Shown here piece by piece: positions 25,546 through 36,892 of a stretch of DNA of 64,000 nucleotides (position 1 is its first letter; each line of letters opens with the position of its first letter). The stretch spans positions 551,512 to 615,511 of the forward strand of contig NW_015175364.1 of NCBI RefSeq assembly GCF_001447785.1. The letters are read 5' to 3'. Origin of the DNA: Gekko japonicus (lineage: Eukaryota). The notes beneath the pieces are model-generated. The model searched no databases, had not been told where the DNA came from, and saw only the letters and a program-made list of their open reading frames with translations. A program made the translations under genes and the position numbers.

Positions 25546-26380
25546 CCTAGGGCAAGTTCCAATGAAGATGTATCCAACAACTAGACCAAAGGCATGGCCT
25601 GTATAATGCAGAAATAAGCAGACATGTACTTGCCACCCTAAAATCTAACATAACACACACCAAAGCTCTAACATTAAAAACATGGAGAAGCACATAAGGG
25701 CTTTCAAGATCAGGACCTTAGTCTGTAACCTTTCTTGTGGAAAGTTGCTGGGGTAGGGGAGAGGAATCACCATTTGACACAGAATATTTCTTTTTAAGTT
25801 ATGGCATATCCTTCTTCGGGGACAGAAAAAACCCATAAGGCAGACTGTCCAGATGCAGCAGTCAAAAAAAATTTTTTGGTCCACATGATTTGTCAACGCT
25901 TTTGCTCAGAAATATAAAAATCAGAACATAAGTTTATAAATGATTCTCTCCTTACAGAACGTTTCAATATCATATACTAACAACAAAAATGGTGTGTTAT
26001 AGCTGCAAAAAAAAGTGGTTTTGAAAAGCTAAGAAAGTAATAAAATGCTAAAATCTACATTTTTAAAAAATAAAGAGATCCAGTGTTCTCAGAAAAATGG
26101 AGTCAAAAAAATTCCATTTAAAAATAAATGAAATATTCAGCAGAATTCTATTCCAAAAGTAACTTCTGGAGTGCTTTAAAAATTTGGATAAACTTTCAGC
26201 AACTATTTTAAGAGACTACTAATACAGAGTTTAAGTAGGGGGGGGCACTCTTTTTGTATAACGTTTGTTAAAACTGAAACTGTACCTTTCATCTCAACCT
26301 ATTAAAGAGTTTTAAAACAGACATCGAAAACTCCCCAGCTCAGCTGGATATTTACACTTCTCTCTGCCCTTCGCTAGTTC

Positions 26381-26964
26381 TTAAAAGGCCCCGATTTCAG
26401 TTCCCCATGGTCTGTAGGGTTTGCCAAGGCTGGCCGACTGTGCTGGTGCAGACGAACTGAGGGCATTAGGGGACAACAAGTGGAACGAACTGAAAGAAAA
26501 GGGGAACGCAGACAAGGAGGCCATAGAAGAGAGCAAGGGAGGAGAGAGTTTAGAAGCCGCGGTGACTACAGGAAGCACTGGTCCAATGCTGCCATTAGGG
26601 GGCACTCTCAGTGAAGATGATTCAGCATGAGGGGCAGCAATTCTGCTCTGGTGATGGGCGTCTGTGGATGTCGCTGCTCCATTAGTAGTCGTGTGCCCAT
26701 TCTGAGGCAGCAGTAACGGGTGGGAAATGTGTGGGTGATGTCCAAAGGCACTGCCCCAAGGAATGTGTCCAAGCCCGGTGTGCGAACTACTTGCTGCTTC
26801 CCGCTGAGAGGCATAATTATTCAGATGAGACACGAGGCGCACACGAAGAGGGTCAGAAGAGTCCAGACCCTCAATAATGCTAAGGTAGCGGGCTACTTCA
26901 GCCAAGCACTCTCGAAAGCCTAGACTCCGATAGTCCATAGCCAGAGCATGGGCATCAAAATAGC
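26381..26964 (-). CDS. HEY1: HEY1 coding exon 5 (Orange domain, YRPW and TEIGAF C-terminus, stop TAA)
   Basis: Acceptor TTCTCCTAG|. ORF track 26381..26938 ends [13 protein letters not shown], the HEY1-type terminus (HEY2 has TEVGAF). The five exons sum to 918 nt = 305 aa + stop. Confidence 0.98.
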
Positions 26965-28883
26965 CTAGGAGAAAGGAACAAAGAATGTTGTCTTAGGACA
27001 GGACCTATTTCCAGTTGTAGTCTGTAGATCATCTATCCCAATAAGGCTTCCCCAGCATATTTCCTTAAGAGGTCGCTATCATTCCCCGTTAACCAAGAAG
27101 CACATCTGAAACACAGTGATTGGTATAATTGACCATGAACTTCTATTCTGGCCCCAGGCAAATGAATTGAAGGTGCACAAGTACCCAGATGTTCTACAGA
27201 ACCATTTTCATTTACTTCAGAGAAATTTTTACCCGGTACACTTGACTAATACAAGTATTGATTAGGCCACCTTATACTGAAATAACCTGGCTTAAACACA
27301 CTTAACTCCATGTTGATTCATGTCCCTCACATGAAACTATACCCAAAACCTACAAAGGAAAAAACAGAAATAGACCATATTTCATTAATAAAAGTGTCCT
27401 GGGGGGAGCCACACAGAGAACATTCTTAACACACACACACACCCTTACTCTTCCTATTTTAAATCCACTGTTCTATAGAAGGATCTTGTCTCTTGGCAGT
27501 CTCACTTTTTATTTCTACATCTTTGAAGATACTAATACCACTCACACAGAAAGTCCCAGTTTAAATTTCAGACTAGCAATGCAACCTTACTGGCCAGGTA
27601 GTTCTCTTTTACCCTCCACACCACATTGGTAACACAGGGAGAATACTACTAGGCTGCTTTTCAGGCTTGTGGATAGGAAAGCTGTGGAAAAAATGTGTGA
27701 AGCAATCTGAACATTCAGGGAAAATGCCCTTCAGATATATCACCCTTGTGGCCATTAGTAAGGGACAGAGTAATAACACTTCCCATTTATCTAATGTTCA
27801 GTGTTCTTCAAATATATTGTTTTCATTACCATCCTGACAATAACACCCGAAAGGCTGGTCAATATTGTCATCCCTAAATTGCACACGGGGCAGAGGCTGA
27901 GGAAGGCCTACTGAATTCATGGCAGAGACTGTATTCAAAACAGGAACTTCCTGTTTTGTAGCTCAATCCCTTGCAGTCAATCCTATGCAGAGTCACGGCA
28001 GTCTAAGCCTACTGGAATCATTGAGCTAGACCAGAGCAACTCCACACTGACGGTTACTATAGCAGATAATAGGAAGTGTGGGATCAAGCCGGGGCACCAC
28101 TCTGATCCCTGCCTGGCCTGCAATCGGGACACGAAATGCGCATTCATGAGATATAAACATCCACAACCACGAGCGTGGTTTCATACAAACAAACCTATGC
28201 AAGTTTGAGAAACTACCACCCCGTCATTCAGTGAACAGCCGCATTAGCCTCAACTGAGAAGATTACCTTTTGACTACAATGCAGCTACTCTGGGCAGCGT
28301 CACTGATTTTTTTTCATAGGACTACTCTATAGTTAATGGGTTATGAATTGCAGCCTATGATTTGCAGCTACTGAGCATCAGTAAATAGATTACGGCAAGC
28401 ATGCATCAGTAAACAGCATATTAAACCAAAGAAATTACTGCTGTTCATATCGGCGTCTGCTCTCTTATTGCCATGGCATACCATTATTATTATTAATTTA
28501 ACACAGTTGTTACATTAGCCGAAACCCACAACCCTGATGCCAAAGCTGATCTATTAAAAGGCAATACTTAAAGTTAATAAGGCTGTTTAGCAAGCTGTGG
28601 ATATGCAGCCTAAAGAAAGCAATCCTCAGCACCTTTACCTGGGGCTAGGTCCCAGTGGGTATGTGAGACTTACTTCTGAGTAAATGTTAATAGGTGCAGG
28701 CTGCATGGCAGTTGATGCTCACAATTCAGTGGCTCCTGGGCTCGCTCTCTCCATGGTAGCTATTATTTCCCTTCACTAAGAAGCACACCAAAACCTCCAC
28801 CAATTGGTATAATTGACCAGGATTTTCTATTCAAGCCTCACACATTATGGATTGCTGCTTCCTGTGCAAGGAAGGATCTTTAC

Positions 28884-28965
28884 CTTTGCCTCCTGCAGTG
28901 TGCAACATTTTCAGATGATCCACAGTCATCTGCAGGATTTCAGCCTTTTCCAATTTGGCAGATCC
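28884..28965 (-). CDS. HEY1: HEY1 coding exon 4 ([27 protein letters not shown]; bHLH helix 2)
   Basis: Acceptor CTTCCTTAG|, donor AAAG|GTAAAG; 82 nt. Confidence 0.98.
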
Positions 28966-29097
28966 CTAAGGAAGAAGAGACAACTATCAGCAAACAAGGT
29001 TGCTGAACAAAAGCCAGGGGAGACGGCTGCCCAGGAAAGGCACATTTCTGGCTAAGCTGTGTGGGCTTCAGTCTTCTCCCAGCTGCCAACAAGTTAC

Positions 29098-29181
29098 CTG
29101 CTTTTCAAATGCACTGGGCACCAGCCTCCTCAGTTCTGATAGGCTGTTGTTGATCCGATCACGACGACGCTTCTCAATAAT
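29098..29181 (-). CDS. HEY1: HEY1 coding exon 3 ([28 protein letters not shown]; bHLH helix 1)
   Basis: Acceptor CTTTCAG|, donor CAG|GTAAC; 84 nt. Confidence 0.98.
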
Positions 29182-29268
29182 CTGAAAGGACAAGAGAAAA
29201 TTTTTGAGAGGGGCATTCTAAGAAGGAAGGCGTTTTAAGCAGAGAAAAATCAGGAAAGGGAGACTTAC

Positions 29269-29344
29269 ACCTCGGCGTCTTTTCCTTGCCAGGATCTGGG
29301 AAGTGGTGGTTGGGGACATTGACCCTGGAGCTGAACTAAAGTTT
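29269..29344 (-). CDS. HEY1: HEY1 coding exon 2 (NFSSAPGSMSPTTTSQILARKRRRG; basic region/NLS)
   Basis: Acceptor TTTCAG|, donor GGT|GTAAGT; 76 nt; phase consistent with exon 1. Confidence 0.97.
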
Positions 29345-29744
29345 CTGAAATCAGCAAGAAAGTAAGAAGGCGTTAATGCAAATCTGGACAGGAAGAGGAT
29401 GGGAGGTAGAAAACAGTTTGGCTAAGAATTGCTAAAACATGTAGGCAAGGAAAAACAGAGAACAGGTGCTTCAATTTCCATTTGTTTCCAGGTATCCTAG
29501 TACCGAACTTAATGCACACTTAGACGCTTCTTCTGCACACCAAGGCCCAGCCTCTTGCATATTTGCTCCTATGCTTTCTATGGGCTTTCTCCCAAGAAAC
29601 TGTGTGAAAGTCTTAGCTCTTGGAAACAGAAATAGGAACCAGGCTAAATGCCTTGAGCACATGCAGAACGCCTGTATTTCATCACCTAGTAACCACAATC
29701 AGAGCTCACAGTCTTCTGATTACAGGGGAGAAGGAAAAAGAGCA

Positions 29745-29830
29745 AAGTTTGAGTCCAGTGGTACCTTTAAGAACAACAAGGGTTTATTCAAAATGTAGGC
29801 TTTCGTGTGCAAAGCACACTTCTTCAGACA
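29745..29830 (-). mobile_element. Penelope-derived fragment with degenerate minimal hammerhead ribozyme, in HEY1 intron 1
   Basis: Minus strand reads CTGAAGA-AGTGTGC-TTT-GCACAC-GAAA-GCCTA. The plus-strand flank GAGTCCAGTGGTACCTTTAAGA is shared with copies at ~23265-23345, 32046-32170, 35550-35950 and 47465-47620. Confidence 0.7.
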
Positions 29831-29944
29831 AATTGGAATAAAATCTCCTCTAGGGTTACTTACAGGGAAAAAAGGAGGGTGGAGGGCAGCCATTAAGAGG
29901 GGCCACTCAGAGCCAAGATGCAAGGGAAGAAGGAAGAGTTCTAA

Positions 29945-30032
29945 GAGCACAATCCTATGCAAGTTTACTCAGACTTACACCCCATTTTATTCAACAAGAA
30001 TTATTCCCAAATAAAGTCGGATCAGATTGCCG
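29945..30032. repeat. Short palindromic MITE-like element (CAATCCTA...GATTGC); relatives at ~27975-28060, 28615-28705, 30283-30368, 46400-46480, 47140-47230
   Basis: Imperfect terminal inverted repeats recurring across the window. Confidence 0.5.
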
Positions 30033-30516
30033 CCTAAGAATGTGTCACCCCTGGCGACCGTGCCTAACCTCGCCACCTTTGATCTTGGCCATTAGCACAT
30101 TGCCTCGGAAGTCAGCTGGCCGAGCTCAACGGAACCTGCTCCCTACAGACAGTTTTGTGTCATTTTGACTGGTCCTACTAAAAGGTATTAATTACGTGGA
30201 TTGCGGTTTGTTTTTTTGGATCTGGATCCAGCACGACTGTGTAGACTCCAGCAGCCAGTCTCAGAGCTACTGGAACTTGCTGGGCAATCCTAAACCTTGT
30301 TTACTCAGAAGCAAATGTCACCGATGGGGGCCCTAAGTTGTCCCAAGTCACGAACCTCCAGGATTGGGGTCTCCGTTGCATTGCCACTGGGGGGGGGGGG
30401 GCCCCGGGGGGGCGGGGCCGTCACACTCAGAACGAAATCCCGCACTGCTCCAGCGAACCCACCGCCCCGCCAACCACAGGCGACGACGCGCCTCTATTCC
30501 CCGGCGGCGCCCTCAC

Positions 30517-30608
30517 CCATTCTCGTCCGCGCTCTCCTTCTCCACTTCGATGGGCTCATCCAGCTCCTCGCTGTCGGAAGAACTGTACTCTGGGTGTGCA
30601 CGCTTCAT
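30517..30608 (-). CDS. HEY1: HEY1 coding exon 1 (MKRAHPEYSSSDSEELDEPIEVEKESADENG)
   Basis: Manual translation matches the HEY1 N-terminus. ATG at 30608 in GGCAGCATGA context; donor GG|GTGAG; 92 nt. Confidence 0.97.
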
Positions 30609-30735
30609 GCTGCCAGCAAGGGAAGGCTCTGCCTGCCTGCCTGTGTGAGCGGATGGTTGGGTGGCGATTCCCCCGGTGCCAGCTCAATGATCGCGCCGCC
30701 GCCGCTCGCCCTCTGGCTGCGTCTCCCCCATCCCG

Positions 30736-30743
30736 TTCCCACG
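30736..30743 (-). promoter_or_regulatory. CSL/RBPJ (Notch) site CGTGGGAA, proximal/5'UTR
   Basis: Perfect high-affinity consensus; HEY1 is an established direct Notch target. Confidence 0.8.
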
Positions 30744-31048
30744 CTTCGCCTCTTAGCCGGGGGAGGGGGAGGGAGCCGCGCCAAGCGCTCCCGGCCACAT
30801 ACAACGCCGTGTAGCCCTTTACTGCCCACACACCTCTGGTTGGCTGAGCATCGGCCATGGTTGACCAATAGCCGCCAGCCATGAGACGCCTCGATGACAC
30901 GCCCTTTCTTCCCCCTGCTTCCAATTGGCTGGAGAGTCTCAAATTTGGAAACCCGGCCGAGCTCGAAGCGCTCCCCCCCTTTCCTCGCTGTCTCGCCGCG
31001 CTCGCGCGATTGGCTGGGCTCGGGGCCAGTTGGGAGCCTGCGGAGCCA

Positions 31049-31056
31049 CACGCGTG
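31049..31056. promoter_or_regulatory. Palindromic class-C HES/HEY site CACGCGTG
   Basis: CACGCG on both strands, 10 bp from the upstream CSL site. Confidence 0.45.
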
Positions 31057-31066
31057 GCCGGGCGGC

Positions 31067-31074
31067 CGTGGGAA
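31067..31074 (+). promoter_or_regulatory. CSL/RBPJ (Notch) site CGTGGGAA, upstream
   Basis: Perfect consensus within the CpG island. A weaker GTGGGAA lies at 31394-31400 (-). Confidence 0.8.
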
Positions 31075-31824
31075 AGTTGCTCGGTGCCCGGCTGGCGGCC
31101 AAGCGGGGCGGGCGGCGGCGGCGGCGCTGAGCGGGGTGGGCAGGAGCGGCGGGGGGCGCGGGGGCGCCGGCTTCCCAGCGCGCTAGCACCGGCTCCACAA
31201 AGCGGCTGGTGGGGCTGCGGCTCTGAGCCGGCTTCCTGGCTGACTGGAGCCGGCGACGGGCGGGGGGGCTTGGCAAGCCGTGATCGTTCCTGACTGTGGC
31301 GAGCCGGATCTCGCCGCTTGGGGGGAAAGGAGGCTTCTTGGCGCTTCATCGCTGTTGGCCTCCAAGCAGCGTGAAATAGATCTGGCTGCCCCTTTCCCAC
31401 CTTTAAGGCCTGGCCTGAGGCGTCTGTGCTAGTTATTATTAAAACGTTGGTACTGAGCTTCGAGGCACCGAAATAATGTACGAAATCCACTGAGAGTACA
31501 AAACCACGAACGGGCCAGGGTGAAGAGAATGGCTTTCCCAAGGCCACCCAAAATAACGTCGGGGAAATTTGAACAAGGGCTCCCCAGTCCAGCACTCTTA
31601 CCACTGTGTCACACTGCATAATTGCATCACGAACTATGGCTGTGTGACCCATGCTGCTGCTGTCCAATTTACAACAGGCTTATCCCCGGTAAGGACAACA
31701 TCCAGTGACGATTCACATCACATATACTTCTTCCCATCATTTTCAAACAGTATCCAAATTAGTTATTTCACACATACAGCTGCCCGTTGCCAGTATGTAG
31801 CATAATCCAGCAGTTAATGTCTTT

Positions 31825-32041
31825 TTATCCATTTGTACCTTGCCTTTCTCCCGGGGGAGGACCCAAAGAGGCTTGCATTGTTCTCTCCTTCACTGTCCTC
31901 ACAACAACCCTGTGCGGCAGGTTAGACTGAAAGCATGTGTTGGCCCCAGGGTCATTCAGTGAGCTTTGATGGCAGAGTGGAGATTTGAACACGGGTCTTC
32001 CACAGCCCAGTTGGACACTCTAACCACTACACCACCCTGGC
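31825..32041 (-). mobile_element. Older Squam3-like SINE
   Basis: CTCTAACCACTACACCA head; CCTCACAACAACCCTGTG core. Confidence 0.75.
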
Positions 32042-32757
32042 TGTCACAGATCAAGATGGGTAGCTGGGTTAGTCTGTCTGTAGCAGCAGAAAACAGCATG
32101 AATCCAGTAGCACCTTAAAGACTAACAAAATATGTGGCAGGGCAGGTCACTGCTCACTTGTTCAGATACCTTCAGAGGGCTGTCATAAGTAGCTGTTACC
32201 TTTCTTTTGACAGTCCCTATATGCAAGAATGAGGACTGTGTTGATCTGCCTTTCAGAGCCAAAAGGTAACAGATACCTGTGAAAATGGGTGCTGGAAAAG
32301 GTGTGAGTGGAGGAGTCATTAAGGTTGTTCTTGGCCAGACACAATGGGAGTCAGCGGACCCTCAGGGGCACTGCCAGCCCCTTACAGGTCTGCCTCGGAT
32401 CCACCTTGGCAGCTGCAGAGGTCCAGGAAGCAGTGAGAGGCATACGGCAGGCCTATTGAGTTTTCCTGTGCTGCCGGCACCTGAGAGGCTTGTCTGAACT
32501 TTTTGGGGAGAGAATCAGCCCCGTGTGCCAAGCACAATATTCTGACAGGCTGCTGCTCACCATATGAGTCAGGATGGCCTAACCGTGATGTAGCTGTTAC
32601 TTCTGTGTAAAATGAATGCACATATAGGGATTCTGCTCACTGGCACTGACCTCTTCGACACTAAGCATAATATATACACAGAGCATCATAGCTATACACA
32701 AAGTGCCTATGCAGCATACACATACCACAAGCGTATTGGCTCTATATGTGTGATAGC

Positions 32758-33154
32758 CAAGGGTCATTTCCTGCAGGAGCACACAGGAACGGAGCTCCAG
32801 TAGTAAAGAGCCCAGGGGGTGGGCACATGCAACAAGCCCCATCCCCTGCTCCCAGCAGCTCTCAGTCAGAGCAAGAAGCAGGCAGGTAAGTTGCAGAGCG
32901 CCCCCCCCCCCGTCCAAAACAGTCCAGTGGCACCTTTAAGACCAAGTTTTATTCATGCACAAGCTCTCCCTCCTCTGCAAGGACAGATCTGTACATTTCC
33001 CCCCCTCCCCAATAGCTAGCAATCCAAAACAGTCCAGTGGAGCCTGAGCGGTGGGTGTTGCCTTCTGACACACTTCCAGTGATGTCAGGGGGTGTGGCAT
33101 ATGCAAATAAGTTATGCTAATGAGCCTCTGCACCTCTTTTTCTACGAAATGACC
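32758..33154 (+). mobile_element. hAT MITE, subfamily B (right end clipped by a 7-bp deletion)
   Basis: Near-identical to the 53473 copy; left TSD GTGATAGC, right remnant ATAGC. Confidence 0.88.
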
Positions 33155-34139
33155 ATAGCAAACAATATGATTGGGCAGACAAAGCCTTTTTAGACATTTG
33201 AGGCGTGCAGGTGCAGGTGCAGGTTTGTATCTCAGGGAGAATTTACACTGACAAAAAGAAGGTGATTTATCTCATTTCCCCACTCTTGCTGTAGACCTCT
33301 GACCCTCCTCTGTCCCAAAGTTCCTGCAGAAGTGATGAGATGAGGAAATTGTGATGTATGGGTGGAAATCCTTCCACCAATGTAAAATTTGGCAGGAACC
33401 TAGTCTCTGGGTCTGTATACAGACCTTATGCCGAAGATTTGCATAGGGTGGAGCTAATGGACACGATCCTTCTACCCTATTCAGAAAAATGCACAGTGCG
33501 GTAATTATTTAACCATGTGGACTGTCTACATATCTGCAAGGGGCTTCATGGAGAACAACCAACCATGTTCATTCGGCATACTGAGTCACAACAACCCAAA
33601 AGCAAGCGACTCTGAGTCTGCTTTAGCCCCTACCACCAAGACGATCATCATCCACCCAAAGTAATTCTTCATGTGAGATTAAACTCATTGGACCAGGATG
33701 AAAGAACATCCGGGAGCTCTCTGTGTGCCCCTACAATCCTTAGAGAAAGGACAAAACACACATGTAAGAAACAAATGTTTCCAATGAATCATCAGCACCA
33801 TCCAAGGTGTGATTGTGAAGCCAAGTTTCCCTATGCTATGTAGGAGTTATTTTGGAGTGAAACAACTAAAAATCGTGCTTGTGTGAACATGGCTTACAGC
33901 GTATACATGGAAATGGGATATAATGGTTTAACAATAGATGCATCTGCTTTCTATGTTCAGGGCTCTGGGTGACCTAAGAGACCCCTGAGAGTCTTTTGGG
34001 ATCTTTCTGGCCTCTTCAAAAGGAATTTATAGGGGCATGCCTGTATAAGTATTCACAGATGAATCAGACAGGATGCTAAAGGGAATAATTACCTGGAACA
34101 TGGAGACCAGCTCCACTGGGATACTAGGTATGTAAGAGC

Positions 34140-34320
34140 TGTAAAGTCACAACCGACTTATGACAACCCTAGCAAGGGGCTTTCAAGGCAAGTGAGAAGC
34201 AGAGGTGGTTTGCCATTGCCTTCCTCTGCAGTCTTCCTTGGTGGTCCCCCATTCAAGTACCAATCCAGCTTATCTTCTGAAATCTGATGAGATTGGGCTA
34301 TACTGTTCCATCTTCCCTCC
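34140..34320 (-). mobile_element. 5S-derived SINE (variant head)
   Basis: Body GAGGTGGTTTGCCATTGCC, CAAGGCAAG, GACTTATG plus degenerate 5S sequence. Confidence 0.75.
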
Positions 34321-35549
34321 ACGCACTGAGGTTGCCAGATCCCAACCTGGAGACTTTACCTGTGTCTCTCCCAACCTTTTTTCTTCCCTTCTCCAGAATG
34401 AGCAGAAGGAAAGAGTTGGGCAAAGATTTTGTTGGTGCAGCAAGTCAGAAGTGCTACTGCCTGTCTGCTCTTTTGCCGAAAGGCCTCTCCGTTTCCTGAT
34501 CTTGACTTTGGGACTAAGCAAGACTAATGATCAAGGCCAGCCTGTTGCTTTCACAGGCATCGCCCACAACCCTCTGCAGCTAAGAACTGTCTGAGCCTCA
34601 GAGGTGTCTGAGCCATGTCTCAGTCCCTCCTCCTTTTCCTCCCTCTGCTCTGGCATGCATTTGGAAACCTTCAAAAGGAAGTAAATCTCTTGTGGGGCAA
34701 CAAACTCTATATCAGACTCAGCAGCACTGAGGCATCAACTCTTTTCTTGTTATACATGTAGCATTTGGAGTGCACTGTATTTCCTGTTCTTTCTCCCTGT
34801 TGGTTGTTGTGTGAAGAGAGTGCAAATAATATTGGGAAGGGGGCTGCTGTCTGAGTCCCCTGCACAGGAAACCCACTACTGTTGACCTTTGTCCTGGTGG
34901 GTGTGCTAAATTAACTTTGAAAAACCTTCTTTCCTTCGATCCCCTTTTCTCAAAGGAGCAACCGCTATGAAGAGTAATCCCATCAACCTGTCACACCAAG
35001 TCCTGGAAACTCAAGGTTACTATGGTTACTTACTTGTCCCCTGATCAGCTAATGGAATGGCACTCCTTCTACGGCAAATAGAAAACATTAACTAGAATGT
35101 ACTGGACTAGAATAGAATTTGCCCCCCAGTCTCATAGCCTTTGCAGTCCGGAATGAAGTACAGTGCACTCCAAATATACAATAGTCCTTACTTAGAGCAG
35201 CTGTTCAAACGGGAAGCCGTTTGCCACAGCAGGCTGTCGATATGGTCTAGTGGTTAGAGTACTCAGCTGGGAGTACCTGAATCATGTTGCATCTCAGTTA
35301 CAGACTTACTGAGGGGAGAGTATCTTTAGTAAATGAATCTCAGTCTCATTTCCCCAGTCTGTAAACTGGGGGTTATGACCACATGTATTTATTTCATTGG
35401 ATTTATAACACTGCCTATCTTGAGGGTTTGGGGGTATGTGGCAATCATTTTATATGAAACAGATGTGCCTTGTGTACCTTGAAGAGTTCTCTGCACGATA
35501 AGCCTGATGAACACTGGAAAGACATGGTTTTAAAACATTGATCTTAAAG

Positions 35550-35950
35550 TTAGATTGGAGTCTAGTAACACCTTAGAGACCAACAAGTATGTGCTTTCAA
35601 GAGCCACAGTTCCCTTTGTCAGATTCTATTAGAGTCTAGTAACACCTTAGAGACCAACAAATATGAGCTTTCAAGAGCCAAAGTTCCCTTTGTCATATTC
35701 TACATGAGACCATATCTGATGAAGGGCGCTTTGACTGTCGATGTCTTGGTGGTCTCTCAAGTGCTGCTGCTCTTCTCCTGCAGACCAGCAAGGCTGCCCT
35801 GAAACAGATCTGGAGGTGTCTGTGTGTGGCCATTTATACAGCAGTAAGCAGGAGGAGGAGACCGTCCCAGCTGATCCAACAGAAGTCCAGTGGCATCTTA
35901 AAGATGTACAAAAATTATACTCCAGCCTAAGCTTCTGTGAAACAGAGCTT
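35550..35950. mobile_element. Penelope-derived palindromic/tandem fragments
   Basis: GAGTCTAGTAACACCTTAGAGACCAACAA occurs twice, followed by an inverted copy containing CTGATGA. Confidence 0.6.
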
Positions 35951-35985
35951 ATTTCATCCATTCCAGCTGAACCAGTAACAATAAT

Positions 35986-36235
35986 TGGGAGCCAGCATGG
36001 GATAATGGTGAAAGTATTGAGAGTATCAGACTAGGATCTGGGAGACCCAGATTCTAAATCCCCACTCAGACATGGGAGCCCACTGGGTGACCTTGGGCCA
36101 GTCACACATTCTCGGCCTAACCTACCCCACATGATTGTTGTCAGGATTAATGAAAGAGAGGAGAACAGTATTGTAAGCTGCTTTGGTTCCCCACTGGGGG
36201 GAAAGTGAGGAGATAAATATCTCAAAAAATAAATT
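35986..36235 (+). mobile_element. Older Squam3-like SINE
   Basis: GAGCCAGCATGG head, GGGTGACCTTGGGCCAGTCAC core, L2-like tail. Confidence 0.75.
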
Positions 36236-36892
36236 TCTCAATATCTCAAAAATATCTTTTAAAAAAAAGGTCTTTACCACCTATGGGTCATTTGTTTGGT
36301 TCTAATGAAAGGTATTATATGGACTGTGTTCTGGGTTTGTGTGGGGGATTCTTTTGTGACCACCTCAGCTGACAACAACATCGTTCACCTTCTTTGCCAA
36401 CCTTTTCACAGCGTGTGTGGCCTTAGGCTGATTCGCTCATGCATAGACCCCAATCTGTATCTTAAGGCTCAGTTTTGTAGTGATGTCAGGTGACACCAAA
36501 GGACTTTCCTGATGCCTGACCTGTGTTGGCTTCCACACTTTCAGGTCACTCAATGCAGACACTCATAAGTATACCATGTGATGGTTGTTTTGTTGGGTTT
36601 GAAGTCAGGACCAGCTGATCTAGCAGCAGGCATACTCACAGTGTAATCGTTCACCTCTTCCTCTCCTGTCTTTCTCACAAGGCGGGCATTTTGATGTAAT
36701 AATGGGCCACTGTGATAATGGGAAGATAGCAAAGCCTAATTCATCTGCACGTCCTGGGGTACCTAATCAGGAATCAGAATAAACAATTGAGCTCATAACC
36801 CACAGACGTATCGGCATGTGCTGCATAAGAGAAGATGGATTAAACTAATGCAGATGACTGGGTGATTTAAATAATGGATGTTCTACTGAACC

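Larger units (their letters stand above)
30380..31340 (-). promoter_or_regulatory. CpG-island promoter / 5' region of HEY1
   Basis: Very GC- and CpG-rich against a CpG-depleted background. CCAAT boxes at 30865-30869, 30921-30928 (CCAATTGG) and 31009-31013; GC boxes. Confidence 0.9.

Noticed and set aside
29080-29097. Alternative exon-3 donor adding four residues, as I recall for a mammalian HEY1 isoform
   Set aside because: No GT at the +13 position here (GTAACTTGTTGG|CA).
30297-31667. Many long overlapping ORFs (78-242 aa) on both strands
   Set aside because: By-product of the GC-rich, stop-poor CpG island; low-complexity Arg/Pro/Ala/Gly translations with no recognisable domain.
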